Part shown: positions 1 to 8,817 of the stretch, one piece after another | Layout of the letters: each line of letters begins with the position of its first letter | Position numbering within the stretch: position 1 is the stretch's first letter | DNA from: a virus | Direction: 5' to 3' (one strand) | Virus record (IMG/VR): IMGVR_UViG_3300036851_000360 | Coordinates: 8,181 to 72,180 of that record | Length of the DNA stretch: 64,000 nt | Made by a program: the position numbers and the translations under genes | Notes under the pieces: generated by a model | What the model was told of the DNA's origin: nothing | Database searches by the model: none | The model's input: only the letters and a program-made list of their open reading frames with translations

Positions 1-1
1 C

Positions 2-328
2 CCGCACACCGTGCAGATCTGGATGGAAGAGGAGATCACCGACTCCCGCGGCAACGTCGTCCGCCGACCTGTTGCGGATCCGGTGACCGTGACCGGATGT
101 CTGGTGCATCCAGTGGCTTCCACCCGGGGTGCGTTCAGCGCGATCGATGTCCGGCAGGGCCAGCGTGTCGACGCCTCGTGGCGGCTGATGGCCCGCGACG
201 CACCGCTCGGCTGGTGGTCGAAGGTCGAGTTCGACGGCAAGACGATGACAGTGCTGGGTGGGCCGCTCGTCTACACCATGTCCGACGGCACCCGGCACGT
301 GTCCGCGACCCTGCAAGAGGAGCGCTGA
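2..328 (+). CDS. Head-to-tail stopper/adaptor (5'-truncated)
   Basis: Frame is open from the window edge; 'EEITDSRGN...' pattern; lies just before neck, terminator and major tail genes. Confidence 0.65.
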   Translation, partial: PHTVQIWMEEEITDSRGNVVRRPVADPVTVTGCLVHPVASTRGAFSAIDVRQGQRVDASWRLMARDAPLGWWSKVEFDGKTMTVLGGPLVYTMSDGTRHVSATLQEER

Positions 329-329
329 C

Positions 330-620
330 ATGGCCATCGTCTATGCCTTCGCCACCGACGAGTACTTCGCGAAGCTGCCGGGTGTGCGGGGCGAGATCCG
401 CAGCACCGCAAACGCTGGCGCGGGGCGGGCTGAGGCGATCCTGGCCGCGCACCGCGCCGAGGGGCACTCCCAGATCACCGTTACCCACGGCGGTCTCGAC
501 TACTTCGTCAGCCTGGACGACACCCGCGGGGATCACGCCGCGGCAGCGATCGAGTATGGCCGTCGTGGTGGCAGGTCCGGGCGCACCGCCGGGATTCACG
601 CGCTGCGGGGCGCGTTCTGA
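330..620 (+). CDS. Neck/tail-completion protein (DUF5403-like)
   Basis: ATG after GAGGAG; 'DYFVSLDD...AAAAIEYG...GIHALRGA' typical of actinophage neck proteins; synteny. Confidence 0.6.
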   Translation: MAIVYAFATDEYFAKLPGVRGEIRSTANAGAGRAEAILAAHRAEGHSQITVTHGGLDYFVSLDDTRGDHAAAAIEYGRRGGRSGRTAGIHALRGAF

Positions 621-1048
621 TGCCCCGTTTCGCTGTCGACTACCTCGACGTTCTCACCACTCTGCTGCGCGCTGAGCTGCCCGGGGTGAAGGTGATGACT
701 CGGATCCCGGACCACATCACCGAGCACCTACCGCTGGTTGTGATCCGCCGCGTGGGTGGTGATTCCCCAGCTCCGGAGTTCTTCGACCAGCCGTGGATCA
801 ACGTGCAGTGCTGGTGTGAAGACGACCGGGCCTCCGGCGTTGATGCCTTTCGACTCGCCGCGAACCTCGCCGACGACGTGCGCCGCGTGCTGTGGACGGC
901 GTACCGCACCCAGCAAGTGATCCACGGCTTGGGGTGGATCGGCTGGATCCGGGAAACCTCTGGGCCGCAAGAGGTCTCCGACCCTGACCTCGTGTTCTTG
1001 GGTCGCTACTCGGCCACGTACGAGCTGCGCATCCGTTCCGCGGCCTGA
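620..1048 (+). CDS. Tail terminator protein
   Basis: 'LPLVVIRRVGG...VQCW' motif; synteny before major tail protein. Confidence 0.75.
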   Translation: MPRFAVDYLDVLTTLLRAELPGVKVMTRIPDHITEHLPLVVIRRVGGDSPAPEFFDQPWINVQCWCEDDRASGVDAFRLAANLADDVRRVLWTAYRTQQVIHGLGWIGWIRETSGPQEVSDPDLVFLGRYSATYELRIRSAA

Positions 1049-1120
1049 TCGCTTCCCCTGTTCCACGTCTCCGCTCCCCGGGGCGTGGCCCTTGTCATGC
1101 CCTGCTGAAAGGACGCCATT

Positions 1121-1663
1121 GTGGCACTCAACGATAGCGCGGTGATCATCCCGGGGACGGGTCAGATGTACATCGCCCCATCTGAGACCGCGCAGCCAGC
1201 CAGTCTCACTGCCCCCGCGGCGCCGTGGGTGAACCTGGGACACACGTCCCGCGAGGACGGTTTGACGATCACCCGTGACGGCGGGGACTCCGAGGTCATC
1301 GGGACTTGGCAGAACCCGTCCCTCCGGGAGCGCCGCGACCCCACCACGTTCGCGATCACTGCGTTCCTTCACCAGGTCGACAACGATGTGCTCGAGCTGT
1401 ACTTCGGCCCGGGTGACGTCGCCACCGCGGACGAGTTCGGTGTCACCTCCGCGATCGCGACTGTGGAGAAGGCGCTGTACGTGCGGATCATCGACGGCAC
1501 CAACGAGGTCGGCCTGTACGTGCCGAAGGTGTCGATCTCTTCGGAGGACGACGTCGAGATCGATGTCGAGGGGTTCCTCGCCTTCCCGGTCAGGATGACG
1601 GTCCTGCAGGCCACCGGCTCCAACCTGATGACGTTCCTCGGCCCCGAGCTCGGCGCCGCCTGA
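1121..1663 (+). CDS. Major tail protein
   Basis: 'MALNDSAVIIPGTG...WVNLGHTS..DG...GTWQN' actinophage major tail signature. Confidence 0.9.
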   Translation: MALNDSAVIIPGTGQMYIAPSETAQPASLTAPAAPWVNLGHTSREDGLTITRDGGDSEVIGTWQNPSLRERRDPTTFAITAFLHQVDNDVLELYFGPGDVATADEFGVTSAIATVEKALYVRIIDGTNEVGLYVPKVSISSEDDVEIDVEGFLAFPVRMTVLQATGSNLMTFLGPELGAA

Positions 1664-1744
1664 TCGATCGGCGGGCGGCCCACCCCGAACCGGGTCGCCT
1701 GCCGATCTCCTCATGTCCACGGTTCGGGAGATGGTTCGGGAGAC

Positions 1745-2170
1745 ATGACCACCAGCAAGGACGATCCCTCAGTCGTCGACCAGTTGGCCGACGACGCAGC
1801 CGCCCCCACCGAGTACCCGCCCGGTGTTCCCGAGTTGAAGACGATGCTGGCGATCCAGCCCCGGTCCCGCCGGGCCGCGTTCAAGCGGAAGTACGCCGAG
1901 GTCGCCGGGAACATGACCAAGGCGCGCGAGCTCGAAGCCGCCACCAAGAAGATCAAGAATGCGGATGAGCGGCAGGTTGCGCAGCTGAACCTTTGGGCCG
2001 AGATCGACGAGCTCAACCAGCTCATCGTCGACGCCCTGAAGATCGCCGCCGTCGATGAGGCGAAGTTCGATGCCTGGGCCGACGAGGTGTCCGACGAAGA
2101 CCTGTCCGCCACGTTCGCCGTCTACCAGCAGCGAGCCCAGCCGGGGGAAGCGCCCAGCTCGACGAGCTGA
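1745..2170 (+). CDS. Tail assembly chaperone (short form)
   Basis: Between major tail and tape measure genes; ends ...PGEA across a GGGGGAA slippery site. Confidence 0.85.
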   Translation: MTTSKDDPSVVDQLADDAAAPTEYPPGVPELKTMLAIQPRSRRAAFKRKYAEVAGNMTKARELEAATKKIKNADERQVAQLNLWAEIDELNQLIVDALKIAAVDEAKFDAWADEVSDEDLSATFAVYQQRAQPGEAPSSTS

Positions 2171-2526
2171 TCGAGGAGCACGGGCGCGCCCTGCTGTACG
2201 ACCTACAAGTCATCGGGGTGGACCTCCGGGACCTGTGGCGGCCGAACAGCAGGGTAACGCCCCGGTACGTGCTCTGGCTCGTCGGGCAGCTCCCCCAGGA
2301 GTCCGCGTTCGCTGCCTCGGCGCGCGGCGGCGCGGAGTTCCGTTCCTGGACACCGCCGCTCTACCTCCTCGCCGCGGTCGTGAACCTTCTCAACGCCGCG
2401 AACCGGCAGCGCGCCGGCAAGCGGACGCGTGAGCCGCTGGTGAAGCCGCCGACGGCGAAGTCGAAGCCGCGCGTGGTGACCGTCGCTCAGCTCGCTGCCC
2501 GACAGAGGGCGGCAGCCAACAACTGA
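2143..2526 (+). CDS. Tail assembly chaperone, -1 frameshift extension
   Basis: GGGGGAA at 2143-2149; the -1 frame reads GSAQLDELIEEHGRALLYDLQVIGVDLRDLW... to 2526. Confidence 0.8.
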   Translation, partial: GGSAQLDELIEEHGRALLYDLQVIGVDLRDLWRPNSRVTPRYVLWLVGQLPQESAFAASARGGAEFRSWTPPLYLLAAVVNLLNAANRQRAGKRTREPLVKPPTAKSKPRVVTVAQLAARQRAAANN

Positions 2527-2549
2527 ACGCCCCACCGGGAGGTGCCTAC

Positions 2550-5500
2550 GTGACATCTCCCGGTGGGCGCGAGGTCGGCCGCGTCAGTATTCGCGTGCTG
2601 CCGGACACGGCCGGATTCCGGCAGCGCCTGCAGCGTGCCCTCGACGCAGCTGAGTCCGGGCTCGAGGTCGAGATCCCTGTCGAGTTCGACGTCGACCCAA
2701 ACGAGCTCAAGGCCAAGCTTGCGGCGATCCAGGCGAGAGTGACGGTCCCAGTCGACCTGGAGCCGGACATCCCGAAGCTGCGCGCCCAGCTCGCAGCGCT
2801 GGACAACTCGCGGATCACGATCCCAGTCGAGCTTGAGCTGCGCGACACGGCGCGGCTCAACGCTGTTCTTGCGAGGCTGAACAACCGGGCGATCCGGATC
2901 AACGTCCGGCTCAACGGCGTGAGCCAGGCGATCGCCCGCCTCACCGCGTTGGACGCGATCGTGCGTCGGCTCGACGGCCGCAACATCAGCATCAACATCG
3001 ACGTCGACGCGGGAGCCGCGATCGCGCAGATTGCCGCGATCGAGGCTGCGCTGGTCGGGGTGCGCGCGTCGCTGGGATCCGTCGGTACGTCGGGCAGTCA
3101 GTCCTTCAGCCGCATGGGCAGCGCCATCACGGCCGCCGTTGCTGCGGCGCTGCTGCTGCCGCCGATCGCCGCCGCCATCGCGGTGGCCGGGGCTGGGATC
3201 ACCGCCGCCTGGGGCGCGATCTCTACCGCGATCGTTGCGATCCCGCCCGCGATCTTGCTGCTGGCTGGCCCGATCGCGGCGGTGATAGCCGGCCTCGACG
3301 GGATCAAGGCCGCCGCGAAGACGATCAAGCCCGAGTTCGACGCGATGCAGAAGGCGGTATCCGCCACCTTCGAGCAACGCATGATCCCGATCTTCGAGCG
3401 GCTGACGAAGACCTTCCCGCAGCTGACCAACGGGATGAAGGGGACAGCGATCTCGCTGTCCGACATCGCACTGCGGCTGACCGAAATGGTCACCTCAGCC
3501 GAGGGACTGACCCGGATCGACCTAGTCTTCGCCAACATCAACCGGACGCTGGGCGACCTGTCGCCCGGCATCTCCGCGCTCGTCGACTCGTTCTTGATCC
3601 TCGGCTCCCAGGCTTCGATCTTCGACGTGCTCTCCGGCACGATCAACACGTTCGCCCAATCGTTCCGGCAGATGGTCATCGACGTCAGCGGCGAGGGCGG
3701 CGTCCTCGACGCGGCGATGCGCGGGCTGCAGGGCACGCTGGAGGGACTGGCCCGCGGCTTCGTCGACCTCGTGCGCAACGGCCTGGAGGTCTTCGCGGCC
3801 GCCGCGCCGGGCGTGAACGCGCTGATCGAGGAGATGACCGGCTTCTTCAACCGGTTCGACTGGACCTCGCTCGGGGCGTCGGTCGGCGGGGTGTTCCAGG
3901 GCCTCGCGGACGCCATCGCGGGCGTGCCGACGCAGACGATTCGGGACATCGAGACCGCGTTCGCCGACCTGTCGGCGGTGTTCCAGTCGACCGACTTCCA
4001 GGCCGACATTCAGGCCATGATCGGCGCTATCCCTGAGGCCATCGGCCTGGTCAGGGACCTGACCGCAGCGTTCGGCGACGTTGGCGCGGGGGTGGCGACC
4101 GCGCTCGAAGCCTACGGCCGGGTCAAGGAGGCCATCGGTCAGGTCGATGAGGCGATCCAGACTGCGCTCCCCGGCTTCGACCTGTTCGGCACGATCATCC
4201 GCAACATCCCCGGCGTGAACCTGGGGCCGCTCATCGGCGATCTGGCCGCCGGCTACAACGAGGTCACCGGCACCGTCGAGGAAGGCAGCACGAAGGCCGG
4301 CGACGCCGCCGCGAAGGGCATGACCGACCTCGGCGCGAGGGCCGCGCTTGAGGGTGAGCGGGGCATGTCGCAGGTGCCGGGTGCCACAAAGGCCGGCCTG
4401 AAGGGCGTCGCACCCGCCGTCACGGAGGGGCTGACCCCGGCCGCGCAGGCGCTCGTCACCGCGTTCTCCCAGATGCCGCCGGTCGTGCAGGAGGGATTCG
4501 CCAGCCTCGCCCCGGCTGCGGCAGCAGGCATGGCCGTGCTGTCCGCCGCCATCACCGACGGCGGCGCCGACATGCAGGCGTCGCTCTCATCGAGCTTCGG
4601 CATCCTGGCCACCACCGCCACCGACGGCATGACCACGATCTCGACCGCGATCACCGGTGGCGCGCCCCAGTGGAGCCTGGCCGTCGGCACGGCGATGCAG
4701 CAGGTCCAGCTGGTGTTCAACACGTCGTTCAGTCAGATGGCCACCATCGCCGAGCAGGGCATGATCGGCGTGCAGACGGCGATGACGTCGGGGACGGCTG
4801 GCTGGTCGCTCGCGATCGGCCTCGCCATGCAAGCCGTGATGCTGGTGTTCACCACCTCGTTCTCGCAGTTCGCCACCATCGCCGAGCAGGGCATGATCGG
4901 CGTCCAGACGGCGATGACCACCGGAACCGCGGGCTGGAGCCTGGCCGTCGGCCTCGCGATGCAGGCCGTGATGCTTGTACTCACCACCTCGTTCAGCCAG
5001 TTCGGGGTGATCGCCGAGCAGGGCATGATCGGCGTGCAGACCGCGATGACAGCCGGCACCGCAGGCTGGTCGCTAGCGGTCGGCGTCGCCATGCAGGGCG
5101 TCATGCTCGTGCTGACCACGAGCTTCTCGCAGATGGCGACGATCGCCACCGCAGGCATGCTCACGGTCCAGACCGCGATCACAGCCGGTGTCGCGCTCTG
5201 GGCCACCGCCTTGGCCACCGGGATGCTGCAACTGCACACCGTTGTGTCCAACGGCTTCCTGCAGATGGCTGCTATTGCCACCAACGGGATGGCGCTGTTC
5301 GCCGCGGCGATCAACATCGGGTTCGCCGGAGTCATCGCATCGGTCAACGCCGGCATGCTGCTGATCGTCGCCGCGGTGACCGTGGGGTTCGCGCAGATCG
5401 TCGCGGCCGTCACCGCTGGCATGGCGCAGGTCGCGGCGGCGCTGCAACTGAACTGGGCAGCGGCGATCGCCGCCACCACGGCCGCGATGGCGCAGATGAC

Positions 5501-6179
5501 CTCCGCCGTGCAGGTCGGCATGCAGCAGATCACCACCGCCACCCAGCAGGGCATGCAGCAGGCCACTACTGCTGTCCAGCAGGGCATGCAGCAGATGGTG
5601 TCGGCGATCACGACCGGGATGAACCAGGCCGTGTCCATTGTGCAGTCGGCGATCTCGAGGATGGTGTCCGCGCTCAACTCGGCCGTCGGCCAGTTCCGCG
5701 CCGCCGGCGCCAACATGGGTCAGGCCTTGGCCGATGGCCTCAACTCGAAGGCCGGGGCAGTCGAGGCGGCCGCCCGCCGACTCGCCAACGCCGCCGCAGC
5801 AGCGATGCGCGCGGCAGCGCAGATCCGCTCACCAAGCCGGATCAGCACCTACTTGGGCGAGATGTGGGGCGCGGGCTTCGTAGGCGGGCTCGACAACTCG
5901 GTCTCGGATGTTGAGCGGTCGGCCCGGGCTCTGGCCGACGCAGTCGTCGACGGTGTCTCCGGTGTGCAAGACGTCCTGGCGGGTGACGCGTGGGCGGCGG
6001 ACTTCAACGCGAAGGTGAACGCCCAGCTCGCCCAGCATGACACCACAGGCACGTCGGGCCAGACCGCGGGGAAGCAGATCGTCATCCAGACGACGATCAA
6101 CAATCCGCAGGCTGAGCGGGGCAGCGACTCGATAGCACAGGTGCACCGGCGCCAGGCTGCGATGGGGATATTCGGATGA
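2550..6179 (+). CDS. Tape measure protein
   Basis: 1209 aa, Ala/Gly-rich; N-terminal 'REVGRVSIRVLPDT..F'; 44-aa repeats; C-terminal 'IRSPSR'. Confidence 0.95.
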   Translation: MTSPGGREVGRVSIRVLPDTAGFRQRLQRALDAAESGLEVEIPVEFDVDPNELKAKLAAIQARVTVPVDLEPDIPKLRAQLAALDNSRITIPVELELRDTARLNAVLARLNNRAIRINVRLNGVSQAIARLTALDAIVRRLDGRNISINIDVDAGAAIAQIAAIEAALVGVRASLGSVGTSGSQSFSRMGSAITAAVAAALLLPPIAAAIAVAGAGITAAWGAISTAIVAIPPAILLLAGPIAAVIAGLDGIKAAAKTIKPEFDAMQKAVSATFEQRMIPIFERLTKTFPQLTNGMKGTAISLSDIALRLTEMVTSAEGLTRIDLVFANINRTLGDLSPGISALVDSFLILGSQASIFDVLSGTINTFAQSFRQMVIDVSGEGGVLDAAMRGLQGTLEGLARGFVDLVRNGLEVFAAAAPGVNALIEEMTGFFNRFDWTSLGASVGGVFQGLADAIAGVPTQTIRDIETAFADLSAVFQSTDFQADIQAMIGAIPEAIGLVRDLTAAFGDVGAGVATALEAYGRVKEAIGQVDEAIQTALPGFDLFGTIIRNIPGVNLGPLIGDLAAGYNEVTGTVEEGSTKAGDAAAKGMTDLGARAALEGERGMSQVPGATKAGLKGVAPAVTEGLTPAAQALVTAFSQMPPVVQEGFASLAPAAAAGMAVLSAAITDGGADMQASLSSSFGILATTATDGMTTISTAITGGAPQWSLAVGTAMQQVQLVFNTSFSQMATIAEQGMIGVQTAMTSGTAGWSLAIGLAMQAVMLVFTTSFSQFATIAEQGMIGVQTAMTTGTAGWSLAVGLAMQAVMLVLTTSFSQFGVIAEQGMIGVQTAMTAGTAGWSLAVGVAMQGVMLVLTTSFSQMATIATAGMLTVQTAITAGVALWATALATGMLQLHTVVSNGFLQMAAIATNGMALFAAAINIGFAGVIASVNAGMLLIVAAVTVGFAQIVAAVTAGMAQVAAALQLNWAAAIAATTAAMAQMTSAVQVGMQQITTATQQGMQQATTAVQQGMQQMVSAITTGMNQAVSIVQSAISRMVSALNSAVGQFRAAGANMGQALADGLNSKAGAVEAAARRLANAAAAAMRAAAQIRSPSRISTYLGEMWGAGFVGGLDNSVSDVERSARALADAVVDGVSGVQDVLAGDAWAADFNAKVNAQLAQHDTTGTSGQTAGKQIVIQTTINNPQAERGSDSIAQVHRRQAAMGIFG

Positions 6180-7072
6180 CCAGCCCGCTGTACCCGCCGT
6201 TCTATCCGCCCGCCTACCCGGCCATACCGGCAGCTCCTCCGGTCCCGGAGGAGCTGCTGGTCAACGGGGTGAGCCTCGGCTCGTACTGCTACATGACCAC
6301 CGACGTTTCCAGCCTCCTTGGTGTACCAGCCCGCCGAGGCGACGACGGCGTGGTGCCGGGCCGGCACGGGCGGATTCGCACGCCACAGAAGAAGTTCGAT
6401 GTCGGCGAAGTCGTGCTGCCGCTGTGGGTGGTCGGTTGCCGTCCCGACGGGACGATCCCATCGACGGGGCGGATGGAACGGGAATTCTTCCGCCGCCGCG
6501 ACGAGCTCCTCCGCCTGTTCTACGCCGATGACGTGACGTTGCAGTTCCGCCGCGCTGACGGGGTCGTGCTGTCCACGCGCGTCGAGGTCATTGACGTCAT
6601 GGACTTCACCCGGCGTCGGGCGGAGCCGCTGGCGAAGGTGTCGGTGGCGCTTCGGCTCGCGGACGCGTTCTGGACCGAGGCCATCGACGTGGCGCAGACC
6701 ATCACTGGAACCACCGGCACGACGGTCGAGCTGACAGCATTTCAGGGCTCCACGGCGCCAATTGCGGATGCTCGGATCACGTTCACCGGCCCGGTGTCGA
6801 ACCCGCGGCTCGCGGTCGGCCAGCGGTGGGTGCAATTCAACGGCGTGATCGTGGCTAGCCGGGAACTGGTGCTCGAGTGCGGGCACTGGCGGGCGTCGTC
6901 CGGGGCCGGGGCGGCGTGGTCGCCCGATCGGCGGCAGGTGTTCCGCGAGCCAGGTCCCGCGTGGCTGGAGATCCCGCCATCACCGGAGCCGCTGAACGTG
7001 GTCTTCACGCACACCGGGGGCGGCTCGGCGACGGCCGAGATCTCCGGCAACCGCAAGTTTCTGACGGCGTGA
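6176..7072 (+). CDS. Minor tail protein (distal tail/Dit-like)
   Basis: Directly after tape measure gene; 'RRGDDGVVPGRHG' and 'GPVSNP' patterns. Confidence 0.8.
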   Translation: MTSPLYPPFYPPAYPAIPAAPPVPEELLVNGVSLGSYCYMTTDVSSLLGVPARRGDDGVVPGRHGRIRTPQKKFDVGEVVLPLWVVGCRPDGTIPSTGRMEREFFRRRDELLRLFYADDVTLQFRRADGVVLSTRVEVIDVMDFTRRRAEPLAKVSVALRLADAFWTEAIDVAQTITGTTGTTVELTAFQGSTAPIADARITFTGPVSNPRLAVGQRWVQFNGVIVASRELVLECGHWRASSGAGAAWSPDRRQVFREPGPAWLEIPPSPEPLNVVFTHTGGGSATAEISGNRKFLTA

Positions 7073-7082
7073 TGAGGGGCCG

Positions 7083-7517
7083 ATGAGCAATCTGTATGAC
7101 AAGGCCCGCGAGGGTTTCGTCTCCGGCGAGATCGTTTGGAAGGACGGCGGGTCGGTCGTCAAGGCTCTGCTCGTCAGGGGCTATGCGTTCAGCGTCGCGC
7201 ACAAGTTCGTGTCCGAGATGATCGGCGCTGGCGGCACGATCGTCGCCAGCGACACCCTGAACTCGCTGACCAACACCAATGGGGTGTGCGACGCCGCGGA
7301 CGCGGTATGGGAGGCGACGCCGGAGGGCACGGCGATCCCGCACATCATCCTCATCCAGGCCTCGGCGGTCACCGGTGGTGCGGATCTGCCGGCCTCACAG
7401 CAGCGGCTGATCGCGTGTATCGACCGCGGTTCCGGGGTGACGCTCTCGATCACCCCGAACGGACAGAACATCACCGGCTCCTGGTCGCCAGGCGCGGACC
7501 GCATCTTCCGATTCTGA
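7083..7517 (+). CDS. Minor tail protein
   Basis: 'LYDKAREGF...DAAD...ITPNGQNI..W....IFRF' resembles small baseplate proteins; synteny. Confidence 0.65.
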   Translation: MSNLYDKAREGFVSGEIVWKDGGSVVKALLVRGYAFSVAHKFVSEMIGAGGTIVASDTLNSLTNTNGVCDAADAVWEATPEGTAIPHIILIQASAVTGGADLPASQQRLIACIDRGSGVTLSITPNGQNITGSWSPGADRIFRF

Positions 7518-7527
7518 AGGGGAGAAC

Positions 7528-8817
7528 GTGGTCAACAGGTACTCGCCGCGGACGCCGGCCTGGGTGGACGGGCCGCAAGGGTTGGTGTTCGCGGCCGACG
7601 CGAACCGCTGGGAGCAGGGCATCGAGGCGCTCGACAACGCCCTCGACGCCGCCGAGGGTCGGCTGGACGCGCTGCAGGCCGCGCTCGGAGGCATCACCGC
7701 CACCGGTGTCCCGGTAGTCACTACCGCCACTCGCGGCACGCCCACCAAGGGCCGGATCGTCTTCGACGACGACCTGGATCAGTACATCGGCGGGACCGGG
7801 ACTGCATGGATCGAACTCAGCGTCGGCGAGGAGGTCCCCGGCCCCGGTTCCGGGACCGCACCGACCGGGCTGACCGCGGTCACCCAGCCGGACAACTCGA
7901 TCGTCGTGAGCTGGAACCCGGTGGTGGGTGCGACCCACTACAAGCTGTACGAGATCCGCTCCCCGGGCGGCGTCTCGGGCGCGGACAACATCACCACGAC
8001 CTCGACCACGCGCACCCCTAGCTCGATGGGCAACTACGAGTACTGGGTGACCGCCTTTGTCGGCGGCGTGGAGTCGGCGCAGTCCAACCACGGGCTCTGC
8101 GTGCTGCCCTACAGCACCGGCGGCGGCGGTGGAGGTGGTTCCGGCAGCACGCCGGCGCAGCTGCTCGCGCTCGGATCGACCGGCGGCAAGTGGAACCTAG
8201 GTGTCGGTTACCCGTCCGGGCACGTCGACATCGCACCGTCCACGTTGGAGGGCGGCTGGACGGAAGCCCCGTACTTCTACGTCAATGAGGCCGGGACCAA
8301 GGTCCACTTCCAGGTCCCGATGAACGGCGGGCGCACGAGCTCCAATACGAAATATCCCCGGTGCGAGCTGCGCGAGTACATCGGTAGCTCCAAGGCGGCG
8401 TGGTCCGGGTCGTCCGGAACGCATGTGATGTCCGGGCGGACCACCGTCCTGCACATGGAGTCCGGCAAGCCGGAGATGGTCGTCGCGCAGATGCACGACG
8501 GGTCGGATGACACCCTGCAGATCCGGGTCGAGGGCACGACGTGGCGCGCGTCGATCAACGGCACCGAGCACTCCACCACGCTGGGCACGTTCTCGACGGG
8601 CACCGAGGTGGCGTGGGAGATCCGGGTGGTCAACGGCACACTCACGATCAAGATCAACGGCACCACGAAGATCACAACCAACCCAGGATACGGCTCAGGG
8701 CAGTACTTCAAGGTGGGCTGCTACGCACAGCAGAACAACACCTCCGATGGCGGCGGCAACCCCGACAACGGGTACGCGTCCTGCGAACTGCGGGACCTCG
8801 TAGTTACGCACAGCTGA
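7528..8817 (+). CDS. Tail fibre with FN3-like domain and PL7 (alginate lyase-like) domain
   Basis: N-terminal coiled coil; 'APTGLTA...VSWNPV.GATHY'; PL7 motifs RCELRE, QMH, YFKVGCYAQ. Confidence 0.8.
   Translation: MVNRYSPRTPAWVDGPQGLVFAADANRWEQGIEALDNALDAAEGRLDALQAALGGITATGVPVVTTATRGTPTKGRIVFDDDLDQYIGGTGTAWIELSVGEEVPGPGSGTAPTGLTAVTQPDNSIVVSWNPVVGATHYKLYEIRSPGGVSGADNITTTSTTRTPSSMGNYEYWVTAFVGGVESAQSNHGLCVLPYSTGGGGGGGSGSTPAQLLALGSTGGKWNLGVGYPSGHVDIAPSTLEGGWTEAPYFYVNEAGTKVHFQVPMNGGRTSSNTKYPRCELREYIGSSKAAWSGSSGTHVMSGRTTVLHMESGKPEMVVAQMHDGSDDTLQIRVEGTTWRASINGTEHSTTLGTFSTGTEVAWEIRVVNGTLTIKINGTTKITTNPGYGSGQYFKVGCYAQQNNTSDGGGNPDNGYASCELRDLVVTHS

Noticed and set aside
8541-8816. N-terminal extension of the 1421-aa ORF
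   Set aside because: Overlaps the upstream PL7 gene out of frame; the ATG at 8817 overlapping the TGA is the likely start
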